Below the pieces are notes generated by a model. That model had not been told where the DNA came from and ran no database searches. It saw only the letters and a list, made by a program, of their open reading frames with translations. A DNA stretch of 43,721 nt from a bacterium (GTDB taxonomy: Bacteria > Patescibacteriota > Minisyncoccia > 2-02-FULL-40-12 > IGHO2-12-FULL-4). Below are positions 16,557-25,800 of this stretch, piece after piece; the stretch's first letter is position 1; every line of letters starts with the position of its first letter. The stretch is taken from assembly GCA_030695705.1 (NCBI GenBank), contig JAUYPS010000048.1, positions 1 to 43,721 of the forward strand. The letters run 5' to 3'. The translations under genes were made by a program, and so were the position numbers.

Positions 16557-16973
16557 TTGTCAAAATTTTTCATGATGACCGAACCAAATCAAGACAACAG
16601 AAAATCTTTGGGGTTTTTCGGCGAAAATATTGCCAAACGTTTTCTGGAGAGCAGGGGATACGAGATCTTGGCCAGAAATTATCAGAAACCCTGGGGTGAA
16701 ATAGACATTATTGCCAAAAAAGAAGGGGTGATCGTATTTTGTGAGGTAAAAACAAACAGCAAAAAGTTTCCCGGTCCGTCAGCCGGAGGATTTAATCCGG
16801 AAGTGCGAGTCAATCCGATGAAAGCCAGGCATATTATCAGAACGGCGGATTTATTTATGAAAAGCCGTTATCCCGGGGAGAGGGAGTGGAGAATTGATAT
16901 CATCGCCATAACCCTCGACTCTTTTGATAAAAAAGCTGGAATTAAGCACTTTAAAAACGCAGTAACCGGATAG
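16557..16973 (+). CDS. yraN: YraN-family (UPF0102) endonuclease-like protein
   Basis: GENIAKRFLESRGYEILARNYQKPWGEIDIIAKKEGVIVFCEVKT is the family signature. The start is uncertain (TTG at 16557 or ATG at 16572), and a TATAAT box lies at 16531-16536. Confidence 0.82.
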   Translation: MSKFFMMTEPNQDNRKSLGFFGENIAKRFLESRGYEILARNYQKPWGEIDIIAKKEGVIVFCEVKTNSKKFPGPSAGGFNPEVRVNPMKARHIIRTADLFMKSRYPGEREWRIDIIAITLDSFDKKAGIKHFKNAVTG

Positions 16974-16993
16974 GAGAATGGCTACTGCGTTAA

Positions 16994-17911
16994 TTATTTG
17001 GAGTCATCTTCGAGTGGCTTGTCTATCGTTTCCACCACTCTTACCAAACTTTGAAGCTTGCTGTCATAGAAACAGATCCAGAAGTGTTTCGGAGAGTTCT
17101 TGACGAAATATTCTCTGTCAATGAGCAGAGGCCTAAGCCGCAACCGGGCGTCGGTAAGGGTAAATGTAAGCATCTTACGGGCCTTGGAATTTTCCAACTC
17201 TTGTCTATGGAACACAGTATTTTTTTGGATAAATAGCATTCCCTGGTCCAAAATTCGGACATCGAATCCGCTATGGCCGAGAATTCTTTTGCGGGCGGTA
17301 GAATTGTTAGCCAGGGTGAGGATTTGATGATCTGATTCAGAATAAGGTTCAGTATTGTTAATCGTTTCCAGAAATACCCAGTAGGCCTTGTCGCCGTCAA
17401 AAGCGTAAAAAAATGCCGGTTTTATTCTCATATCTTGCCAAAAGTCGGGATGGTCTGCGCTTCTTCGCAATTGATCCGGATGGCTGGCATACGATTGTTT
17501 GATGGATTCCCATTGTTTAAATTGATGGGCGTTGACAATGACATTATCCGTTCCCGCTTTGAAATAGGTGACCAGCCAGAAATCCTTTTTGTATTTTTTT
17601 AAAAATGTCTTGCGGTCAATCTGTTCTTCCCATTCTTTGTTGTGTTCAAAAAACGCATACTCTTTTTGATGGGCCGGTAAAATAAATTCAGTTCTCTCCA
17701 GTACATAATTGCTGGCAAAAATACCGGAAAGATAGGTGTTTCCCTCCCGGTCGTCTTTTTTATCAAGGAAACGGACGGGCAGAATCCTGGCATTGTTCCA
17801 AAATTCCAGGGAATTGGTGTCATAAGCAAATTTGTCCGGGATAAGATCTTGCGGCAAAGCGTTTCTGCAAAATACCAGAAACAATATTAAAAAAAAGACC
17901 GATTTAAACAT
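16994..17911 (-). CDS. Secreted protein of unknown function
   Basis: 305-aa ORF with signal peptide MFKSVFFLILFLVFCRNALPQ. No family recognised. Confidence 0.65.
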   Translation of the reverse strand: MFKSVFFLILFLVFCRNALPQDLIPDKFAYDTNSLEFWNNARILPVRFLDKKDDREGNTYLSGIFASNYVLERTEFILPAHQKEYAFFEHNKEWEEQIDRKTFLKKYKKDFWLVTYFKAGTDNVIVNAHQFKQWESIKQSYASHPDQLRRSADHPDFWQDMRIKPAFFYAFDGDKAYWVFLETINNTEPYSESDHQILTLANNSTARKRILGHSGFDVRILDQGMLFIQKNTVFHRQELENSKARKMLTFTLTDARLRLRPLLIDREYFVKNSPKHFWICFYDSKLQSLVRVVETIDKPLEDDSK

Positions 17912-18061
17912 GGTCCACTCCTGTTTTTAAAGAAACTCAAGTTACTTAAATGCTAGCACTCTGGAATTTTTTGGCAAATTATCGTTTTGTTTCCTGCTAA
18001 TTTCTTATGAGATTTATCCTGCTCCGTCCCACTCACCTCTTTTAAAGATGTCTTCGCGCCG

Positions 18062-18255
18062 TCCCCATTGCTTTTTTCGGACGCTCGCTTTTTTCCAGCG
18101 AAAAAGCTCGCTTGATGCGGCCTGTGGATTCAGGAGCAGACTCCTGACCAGCGAACCTCCATTTCTAAGCCATAAGTCCAACTCTAAGGAATAAACTAAG
18201 AAACGGAGGTTCGCAAGCAATCCACAGGCCACAACGCCTCCAAAAGCAATAGGGA
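18062..18255. repeat. Family F ~190-bp imperfect foldback
   Basis: tccccattgcttttttcgg (18062-18080) pairs with cctccaaaagcaataggga (18237-18255). The inner long stem is gcggcctgtggatt...gcgaacctcc / ggaggttcgc...aatccacaggccac. Confidence 0.55.
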
Positions 18256-18302
18256 CTGCGCTTATTCTGCATTGCGCCAAGTGCCTCATTTAATATGTCC
18301 TA

Positions 18303-18337
18303 GTGACAAGTGAATACGCCACCTGGGTGGCGTATTC
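18303..18337. repeat. Family H palindromic element (second partial copy at 14845-14864)
   Basis: gtgacaagtgaatacgccac-ctg-ggtggcgtattc. The reverse complement of its 20-mer matches gtggcatattcatttgtcac (14845-14864) at 18/20. Both loci are preceded by the same 11-mer, tgcgccaagtg (14833-14843 and 18273-18283). Confidence 0.6.
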
Positions 18338-18367
18338 AAAAACCCTTAAAAACAAGGGTTTTTGAGG

Positions 18368-18397
18368 TTGACGAGGGTGGGTCTGATTTGGTATAAT
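18368..18397 (+). promoter_or_regulatory. Near-consensus sigma70 promoter for the glycine-zipper gene
   Basis: TTGACG (18368-18373), an 18-nt spacer, then TATAAT (18392-18397), about 100 nt upstream of the ATG at 18496. Confidence 0.55.
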
Positions 18398-18426
18398 ATA
18401 AGTACAGTTAAAGCACTTAAACAACG

Positions 18427-18467
18427 GTTACACGGCAGCCCTGTGCAACACAGGGCTGCCGTGTAAC
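18427..18467. repeat. Family C palindrome, copy C1 (perfect 19-bp arms) in a 5' UTR
   Basis: gttacacggcagccctgtg-caa-cacagggctgccgtgtaac. The terminal 14-mers match the copy inside holA (31540-31579) at 13/14. It lies between the promoter above and the RBS aaggag. Confidence 0.8.
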
Positions 18468-18495
18468 GACGTGTAACGAACATAAAGGAGACGGT

Positions 18496-19257
18496 ATGAG
18501 AAAGATGGTTTTGATTGTTTTAATGTTTTTGGCGGTTCCGGTTTCGTCTTTCGCCCAGCACCGTTATTTGGGTGAGGGCGGGGCAAAGATTCTGCAATGC
18601 GCTCGGTTTTACTCTTCGCTCGAGGCACAACTGCTTTGCGCGAGAGGGGACGAGCTTTCGGCCGGCCAGATCGAAAGATTGGGCCTGGTCGATCGAAACG
18701 AGCGCATCGGTCAGTACGGTGGGAATTACGGCTATAACGGCGGGGACGGGTATTTTTACCCCACCGATTCCTACGGCCGACCGACAGGCACCCGCGAGCG
18801 GATTGTGACAGGTGGCGCCATTGGCGCATTACTTGGCGCAGGAGTTGGCGCAATCTTCAACCGAGGTGGCACTGGCGCATTACTTGGCGCAGGTGCTGGC
18901 GCAGTGGTTGGCGTAATCTCCGGCTCCAAAGCTGGCAAGAGGGCCAAGCAAGAAGCGCAGGTGCGGGAAACTCAATACCGTGCTGAGACGCAGGCCAGAG
19001 CCGAAGTTCAGCAGCAAGTCGCCGAGGAATCCCAACAGATTCCTCTAGTCATTCGAAATACAACCGGCTTCACGGCTCGATTGTATCAGGATGACAGGCG
19101 GGTTCGTGATCTCCGCCCGGGCCAGTCGTTTTCCGGTCCGGAAGCAGAGTACCGGGCCGAGCTGCGGGTTCCCGCTCGCGGCGGTTATGTGGAATTGGTC
19201 GAAGCGGAGCTTCGACCCCACGAGAGAGGGTGGGACATCGTCCCACCGAAGTTCTAG
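18496..19257 (+). CDS. Secreted glycine-zipper protein
   Basis: Signal peptide MRKMVLIVLMFLAVPVSSFAQ. Duplicated glycine-zipper segments GGAIGALLGAGVGAIF and GTGALLGAGAGAVVGVISG, also visible as a nucleotide repeat ggcgcattacttggcgcagg. Gln/Arg/Ala-rich coiled segment. Confidence 0.7.
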   Translation: MRKMVLIVLMFLAVPVSSFAQHRYLGEGGAKILQCARFYSSLEAQLLCARGDELSAGQIERLGLVDRNERIGQYGGNYGYNGGDGYFYPTDSYGRPTGTRERIVTGGAIGALLGAGVGAIFNRGGTGALLGAGAGAVVGVISGSKAGKRAKQEAQVRETQYRAETQARAEVQQQVAEESQQIPLVIRNTTGFTARLYQDDRRVRDLRPGQSFSGPEAEYRAELRVPARGGYVELVEAELRPHERGWDIVPPKF

Positions 19258-19260
19258 TTA

Positions 19261-19310
19261 AGCCCCTGCGCTTGCTGTGATAAACAGCGGGCGGCAGGGG
19301 CGCTTTTTTA
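19261..19310 (+). terminator. Rho-independent terminator
   Basis: gcccctgc...ctgt-gataa-acag...gcaggggc followed by a T6 run. Confidence 0.7.
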
Positions 19311-19368
19311 TGTGGAGTGTGTTTAAGTAAAGAAACAACTGTTCCTATCAAATCAAAGGAGAATTTCC

Positions 19369-20081
19369 ATGATAAGACTGATTTTGTTCGCTGTTTTGTT
19401 TGTTTTGACCGCTGCTTTGCCGTTACAGGCCGCCCAATCCAAGGATCGGGACGAAGCGCCGGTTCGCTGGGGGGTCAATGTTTCTCTGCCGGCTTCCTGG
19501 GAGTTTGCCTACGGGCTAAAGCCGATCTCCAAGCCCGACCAGATCGTTCTGAAAGGATCGGAATTCCAAATCGGGTTCATTCGCGGCCGTGAGCTCGGCG
19601 GCGACTGGGGCGTTTCCTTGGTCAGAAAGAAAATTTTTGACTCCATGCTGGCGGTCGGCGAGACAAAAGAGGATTGCTGGAGCGGTTACGACGGCACCGG
19701 TTTTATTAGAAGATGTTATCGCTATGGCGATTCAGCCTGCTTAAGGAGGCCCAGATAACCGGTATCGAGATTCACCAGTATGCGCCTTTTGTCACCATTA
19801 AAAGGCATGTACAGTTCGGCATGAACTTTGCCGCCGGCGTTGGCGCCATTCAAGGAGTGGGGGAGAAGCACTATTTCTATGAGGACTTCAGTACCCACCC
19901 TGTTTCTCAAGGAGAGGAGATCACCGTTATTCCGGCCAAGGAAGTGTTTCGGGAGTCGAGCGGTCTGCCGGTGATGCCTCTGGGCAAAATCGAACTGGTC
20001 GTGGCGGTCATGCCGGCGCCGGGATTGAAAGTTAAATTTAGCGGAAATCAGCCCGAAACGGCCGATGGCAAATTGAAATGA
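19369..20081 (+). pseudogene. Secreted (possibly beta-barrel-type) protein gene interrupted by a frameshift near 19735-19745
   Basis: ORFs 19369..19758 (signal peptide MIRLILFAVLFVLTAALPLQA) and 19713..20081 overlap in different frames and read as one protein if a single 1-nt shift is allowed. Alternating hydrophobic patterns (WGVNVSLPASWEF, QIGFIRG, VQFGMNFAAGVGA) are present. Confidence 0.5.
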
Positions 20082-20102
20082 AATGTCATCTTTGGTATAA
20101 TT

Positions 20103-20348
20103 ATGCTAATGATTCCGCCATTTATTCAGCCATTTTTATGGTCTTACGATGTGGAAAAGCTGGACCTAGAGCGAGATAAAAAAAGAATTGTTACCAATGT
20201 TCTTAATTTGGGAACGACCAAGGCCACTAAGTGGCTGTTTGAGATTTATAGCCGTGAAGATATCAAAAAAACAGTGGCCAATCCTTTGACTGGAGAGTGG
20301 AGCCCAAAGTCTCTTAATTTCTGGAGGATTATTTTTAACCTCCAATAA
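20103..20348 (+). CDS. Small conserved protein, putative partner/antitoxin of the downstream AbiEii-like gene
   Basis: 81 aa, ending 2 nt before the next ORF. The pattern FLWSYDVEKLDLERDKKRIVTNVLNLGT...WLF..Y....IK resembles small proteins I recall upstream of AbiEii-type nucleotidyltransferases. This is from memory and not verified. Confidence 0.45.
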   Translation: MLMIPPFIQPFLWSYDVEKLDLERDKKRIVTNVLNLGTTKATKWLFEIYSREDIKKTVANPLTGEWSPKSLNFWRIIFNLQ

Positions 20349-20350
20349 TA

Positions 20351-20745
20351 ATGATGTTTTATAATATTTTAGACCAGAAAAGATTGGACTTACTGCCGAT
20401 TTTTAAAAATTTTAAAAAAGATTTTTATCTTGGCGGCGGCACGGCGCTGGTTTTGCAAATAGGGCATCGGGACAGCGTTGACTTTGATTTTTTTAAAGAG
20501 GGGGATATTGATACACCAAAACTGTTTTCCGATTTGGAAGAATTTTTTCCAGAACATCATTGGCGGATTTATTGGAAAAAGCTTCGGAAAAGTTTCCGGA
20601 TATTGACCGAAACTTAATTTTAAAAAGCTTGGTCTATTTTGAAGATGTCAATCTCGAACCGATTATGTTCAAGAATGATAACCATGTTGATTTTGAAGAA
20701 GTAAAAAAGTTTTTAGAAGAGAAAGTAAAAGAGTTGCCGCTATGA
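20351..20745 (+). pseudogene. AbiEii/AbiGii-family nucleotidyltransferase toxin gene, truncated and frameshifted
   Basis: The N-terminal piece has the family signature FYLGGGTALVLQIGHRDSVDFDFF. The frame breaks near 20560-20617, and the C-terminal piece (ILKSLVYFEDVNLEPIMF...) continues in another frame. The total of ~130 aa is well below the usual >200 aa. Confidence 0.55.
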
Positions 20746-20848
20746 AAAAATTTGCACAAAAAAAGCAAATTAGCCCGAAAACACTGACTTGCTTAAATTT
20801 GGTTTGTGGATAAAAAAATTGTAATAGTTGGCGCCTGTTATATAATAA

Positions 20849-21649
20849 ATGTACATGGATTCCACCAAGAAAAAAGAACTGTTGCTTTTGATTGTGGCTG
20901 TTATCGTGATTATTGGCGGAGTTTTTTGGTTTTTACCATCACGACCATTCCAGAGCGCACCGCTAACTGCGCAAGAAAAATTTGAACAACTTTTTTTGGC
21001 TAATCACTATCCCAAATTACCTTTTGACCGCTACAATAACCTTCGGCTGGTCTCTTCCGGAGGCGATAAAAAGATGCTGACGGCTCTTTTCCAAATATCC
21101 CTGGATACCCAAAGTATAAAAGAAGTTTTTGGGCAATATTTTGAAGAAGAGGCGTATGCTAATGTCAAAGAACAGAGAATTACTAGGGGATTTAAACTTT
21201 CCGGAGAGATTAACGGTCAGCCGTTGACGATTAGAATGACCAAGGCCGCTGATTCAGAGACGATTTCCAATATAGCTCTTACTTTTCAGCCACAAGATGG
21301 GGTGCCAATATTTTCATACGACAAACTGCCGTCAAATTTCCCGGCCGACATTCCAGTGGAGTATAGCACTCTTGTTACTCAAATTACTCAAAACGACACC
21401 GTCCGAATAAACGACAAAACCCAGGGAACTTTGGTTATTAACAGCGCCAATACCGGCGACGAAAATTTTGCCATATATCTGAATTACCTGGGGGGACACG
21501 ACTGGACGATCCTCAAACAACTCAATGACCCGAAGCAAGCGGTCAAATCAATTTTTGCTTCTAATGAAAGTGGTTCCATGGTTGTAAATATCACTCCCGG
21601 CCGGTCCCCCGACGTCTCAATTGTTTCAATCTTCTTTCTCACCCCTTAG
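20849..21649 (+). CDS. Membrane-anchored protein of unknown function
   Basis: 266 aa. N-terminal TM anchor LLLLIVAVIVIIGGVFWFL followed by an extracytoplasmic domain. Confidence 0.65.
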   Translation: MYMDSTKKKELLLLIVAVIVIIGGVFWFLPSRPFQSAPLTAQEKFEQLFLANHYPKLPFDRYNNLRLVSSGGDKKMLTALFQISLDTQSIKEVFGQYFEEEAYANVKEQRITRGFKLSGEINGQPLTIRMTKAADSETISNIALTFQPQDGVPIFSYDKLPSNFPADIPVEYSTLVTQITQNDTVRINDKTQGTLVINSANTGDENFAIYLNYLGGHDWTILKQLNDPKQAVKSIFASNESGSMVVNITPGRSPDVSIVSIFFLTP

Positions 21650-21740
21650 CGGTAGCAACTCCCAGACCTATACAAGATCCGATCTTGTATAGCCACTAAT
21701 CAGCCCGAGATGGCCGATTGCAAAAGATGAGATACATCGA

Positions 21741-21769
21741 TTTGCGTTTTGGCTGATTTTGTGCTACAA
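21741..21769 (+). promoter_or_regulatory. Candidate promoter with extended -10
   Basis: TTGCGT (21741-21746), a 17-nt spacer ending in TGC, then TACAAT (21764-21769). The RBS aaggagg precedes the GTG at 21835. Confidence 0.45.
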
Positions 21770-21834
21770 TTAACAGATAGGTTAGCTCTTAAAAAAACAA
21801 CATTTTTGGCCCTAATGGGCCATAAGGAGGATTT

Positions 21835-22716
21835 GTGAAAAAGCAGATTTTCGGTCTTTTGTTGATGGTTATGTCTCTGTCTCTGTCTCTGCCCACAGTA
21901 GTTTGGGGACAGATAACTAGTCAGGAAGAGATCTTTCCCCAGTTTGCGGTGGGGGGAGGGACAGAGTATGCCGACGGTTTCCGGCTAGTCAGTGGCTGGG
22001 AAACCGGCGTGATTGTCAAAAACAAGACCGGGGTTCCAGCCAAAGTTAGGGTTTTGTTTGCTGGTCATCGGGCTGACCAGTTAAGGGGCCTTATTAAGGT
22101 GCAGTACCCGGGTGAAAACAGTTTGGCTGACATCACGGATATAGACCCCATGACCAAGGTTCTTTTCTTTCCCTTGGAAGTGGCCCCATTTGGGTCGGTA
22201 CAGGCCATCATCAGTTGGCCCAAACCAGAGGTAGAGGCGGGTTGGTTGAAGGTGCAGGTGGAAACACCCAGTCAACCCAGATATCCGATAGTCAGTGTTT
22301 TTTTGCAATACCGCTACAAAGTAAACAGTTTGGTAACGGGACAGGCCACCGTCAATCCAGGCTATTACAACGGCGTAAACAGGGATATCTCCTTTTACGC
22401 CAGGCGGTACACCGGTGCCAATCAGGATCGGTCGGAGACTGGCCTAGCACTGGTCAATTTAAGCTTTAACCGTCCGTCCACCTGCACTTTCACCCGACGA
22501 AACCGCGATGGAGGAATCTTGGACTCCTTCAATGAGGTTATCCCCGGCTTGGGACATTTTGCCCGCTTCCTGGGCGAAATGGGGCCCTCTTTGAACCTTA
22601 TTAATTACGAGGGTTCAATGGAGGTGAGCTGCACCGCAACTGTCATCATCGTGGTCTTACAAATGACTGGAAATGGGTCGAACTTTAACTTTTCGACCAT
22701 CAACATCGGCCCCTAG
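21835..22716 (+). CDS. Secreted protein of unknown function
   Basis: 293 aa with a GTG start after the strong RBS aaggagg. Signal peptide MKKQIFGLLLMVMSLSLSLPTVVWG. Confidence 0.7.
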   Translation: MKKQIFGLLLMVMSLSLSLPTVVWGQITSQEEIFPQFAVGGGTEYADGFRLVSGWETGVIVKNKTGVPAKVRVLFAGHRADQLRGLIKVQYPGENSLADITDIDPMTKVLFFPLEVAPFGSVQAIISWPKPEVEAGWLKVQVETPSQPRYPIVSVFLQYRYKVNSLVTGQATVNPGYYNGVNRDISFYARRYTGANQDRSETGLALVNLSFNRPSTCTFTRRNRDGGILDSFNEVIPGLGHFARFLGEMGPSLNLINYEGSMEVSCTATVIIVVLQMTGNGSNFNFSTINIGP

Positions 22717-22822
22717 GGAGGGGGACGACGGCCACGTCGGCAATATAGAAATATGTTGCCGGCGTTTTTTTATCCACAAAAAAAATTTGTTGATTGTCTT
22801 AATCGAAGATATAATAAGACAT

Positions 22823-25800
22823 ATGAAGAAGTTTCTATTTATCTTGGCTGTTTTTATTTTCGCTTTGCCAATTGTGGCGTCCGCAGATTTGAGTGCGGGA
22901 GAAATAATTGAGGTTGATTTTAGTAAACCAGCTGAACCGGCTTGTCTTACTTCTAACTATAAAACGGCCTTCACTAATGACGGCACACCAATTTATTACA
23001 CCTTGTGCGATATCCATGTCGGCCAGTATAATGAGGCATTTAACCAGTGGAGCACTAAACTTATTTACGCCGAAGGGCAACCCTTCCCGACCATCAACTG
23101 GTCGGCCAAGTTGACCATCGTCAGACCCAATACCTCCAATAAGATTACCGGTATCGCCTCTTTCGCCTCGTATCTAGTTTATGCGGATAATTTAAGTATC
23201 GCAGAATGTGACGCTCCGGCTAATGCCGGTCGAAGCATATGCCTTGATGTGGCTCACGCCCCTCTCGGCTCTGCCGACGGCAATTATCAGGATACTTACA
23301 CTCTGACCGGCAACGGCGTTTTGCATATCTTGGACGATCAGGATTTAGTGAATTTTGGTTTTGATATGGGCTTCACTTTTGATAATCCTCCCTCCGCTCC
23401 AACTCAAAACATTTCTCAGAATACCGCTTTCACTGTCAACATTAAGCCGGCGTCGGCCACCCTTTATGTCAATCCTTTGAGTTTATCTTTTAGTAGCGCT
23501 GAAAGTAAATTTAGAGATACGGTGTGGATTCAAAATTTTCAAAAAAACGGCACTGGTTTTACTGTTAATTGTACTGCTGAAAATGTCACGGCCGGTTTTA
23601 CCGGTTTAAAATATCCATGTCCTACTGTGAATATCAAAACCGCTGAAAATTTTTTGATGGAGGTTGACCAGGCGACCGCTCCTCAAACCGGTCAGACTTA
23701 TGAGGCGGATATTGTCATTACGGCCAGTCCGGATTCCGATACGCCCGGCGGAGTTTTGAATTCTCCCCAGACGATTCATGTTTCTTATGTTAGTTCCGCT
23801 ACCCCTCCCCAGACCTGTCCGACTGGTTACACCGGCACCTATCCTAACTGTGTTCCCCCTTCCGGTCCCGGTCCTGCAACCTGCACTAGTAATCCGGTTT
23901 TGACCGTAGATAAGACCTATATTCCTAATATAGGCAAAGATAATGCGGTGACTTTCACCGGCACTTCCAGTCCGACTGGTCAGATCTATTATTGGCATGG
24001 CACTGACCCGGGGAGTAGCACAGATATCTATAATGGTGTGGCCGATGGGACGACTAATTTTAGTAAATTGTATAATGTCAGTACCCAAGGCACCTACACC
24101 AGGTATTTCACTTATACCCAGTCCGATGGCGGGGCCTGCACAAGCAATACAGTAACGGTGACTGCGGCCAAGCCCGGCGGCGGCCCCACCTCCGATATTT
24201 CCTGCAGTGTCAGTCCAAGCTTTGACAGCAGTGTGCCGTATCAATTTAAGCTCTCGGTCAACAATGCAAAATCTGGGTACAACTACAGTTGGTCGGCACC
24301 TTGCAATTGGGTAGCTAATGGGGCGGGTTATCAGACCCTTGATATTGATTGCGGTGGCCAGACGGGCTTATTTAGCGCCACGGTGACCGAAGCGGCCACG
24401 GGCAAAAGCGCCACTTGTCCCAACTTTTGTAGTGGCCCGGATTCGACATACTGCCAATCGGCACCACCACCACCACCGCCCGGTTCTGATTTCCTTAAGG
24501 CGGCCAAGGGCACGATGCAGACATTTACGGACTGTGACGAAGAATACCCGTATAGCTGTTTTTCTTATCAGCAATGGCGCCCAGTAGAACCCTACGCCAG
24601 CACCATTATTTGGCCGGCGCCGCTCACGCTGGAAGATACAGATGGCCGTCGGGCGGTCGGGTTCAAATTTGATGCTGGTTCGTATACCTTTGATGGGGTT
24701 AGACAAAGACAGTTTGATTGTACTGGAGACGGCACTTACGAAAAGACCTTGACGGTAACACAATTTACTTTTCCCGGCGACACGACTAACGCCGGCAGCA
24801 CGACCGATGGCATTTGCAATTATCCCACTGCGGGTACCTATACCGCTCGTGCTCGGGCACTCGATGCTGGTGGTGGAGTGGCGTTATGCGCCACCCCTGG
24901 ATATGTTGAAAAAATTCTCTGCGAAGGTACGGCCACCATCAAGGTCGGTCCGGTCATACCTCCGACGGTTACCCTAACACACAGTGGCACTTTATATTTC
25001 AAAAGCGGTAATCAATATATCCTTGCTTGGGAGGTAACCCATGCCGATTCATGCGTGGCGTCGTCTACACCGGAACATACAAATTGGAAGAATGGACAAT
25101 CTAAATCTACTCTCGGAGGTACACAGAATATTGGCGGTGTTAATACGACCACTATTTTCCATCTTACCTGCACCGGCCCAGGGGGAACAGTCAGAAGTGA
25201 ACCTCCGGCGGAGATACGGGTGGGGAGTGATTACTTTAAATATCCCATGAACTTGACTTTGCCGGATTACTGCGCCTCCGGTCCGGCGGCCACCATTGCC
25301 TGGGAATATAATGTGCCATCTTCTATTTATAACGGTCAGAGCGCTTACGAAGTGGAGATTGATGATAATGCTAATTTTAACAGTCCGGAAATTAAAACCG
25401 GGAAAGTGCTGTCCAGCAATCAATCTTATTCGACTGGAGTCGGTGTCCTACAATACAACAAGACCTATAATTTTCATGTCAGGGTCTGGAACGATTTTAA
25501 TCAGCCGTCCCCTTCCGGGAGTACTTGGAGCGCGCCGACTACTTGGGATACACCCAAGCATGCTTATCCGACGGCCGATTACACCTTTTCTCCGGCCAGT
25601 CCTCAAAGCGGTTCAGCAGTGCAGTTTACCGACCAGACCACTTTCTCCGGCGGTGGAACTCGTGCCTGGGCTTGGAATTTTGGCGACGGCAATACCGCCA
25701 CTCAACAAAACCCCAGTCACGCTTTCACCAACTCTGGCAGTTATACGGTGACCGATACGGCGACCGATGGCGACGGTTACTCCTGTTCTTCGTCAAAGAC

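Noticed and set aside
18014-18289. A 91-aa minus-strand ORF overlapping foldback F.
   Set aside because: It is composed of the palindromic repeat sequence itself, with no RBS and a low-complexity, Arg-rich translation. It is most likely non-coding.
14845-18322. 20-bp inverted repeats (18/20) plus a shared 11-mer bracket a 3.45-kb segment containing the M23 peptidase, yraN and a secreted protein. This raised the idea of an invertible or integrated segment.
   Set aside because: An 18/20 inverted match alone is near chance expectation for 44 kb. The segment contains core genes (yraN) and no invertase or integrase. The simpler reading is two copies of a small dispersed palindromic repeat (family H).
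21697-21760. A possible degenerate family-A copy (aatcagcc-cgag-atggccgattgc ... cgatttgcgttttggctgatt).
   Set aside because: Only short terminal motifs match and the order is scrambled. It overlaps a plausible promoter. The evidence is too weak to call by eye and needs an HMM scan.
22673-22822. The long N-terminal extension of the big ORF as listed in the track (start at 22673).
   Set aside because: It would overlap the end of the preceding gene by 44 nt and encodes no signal peptide. The ATG at 22823 gives a textbook signal peptide.
23606-24244. Long antisense ORFs: 23606..24244 (212 aa), 37695..38462 (255 aa), 35333..35905 (190 aa), 36139..36657 (172 aa), 3546..3986 (146 aa) and 33995..34471 (158 aa).
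   Set aside because: All lie fully inside much longer opposite-strand genes that have clear family motifs. Their translations are low-complexity or Arg/Ser/Gly-rich shadow frames without RBS or motifs.
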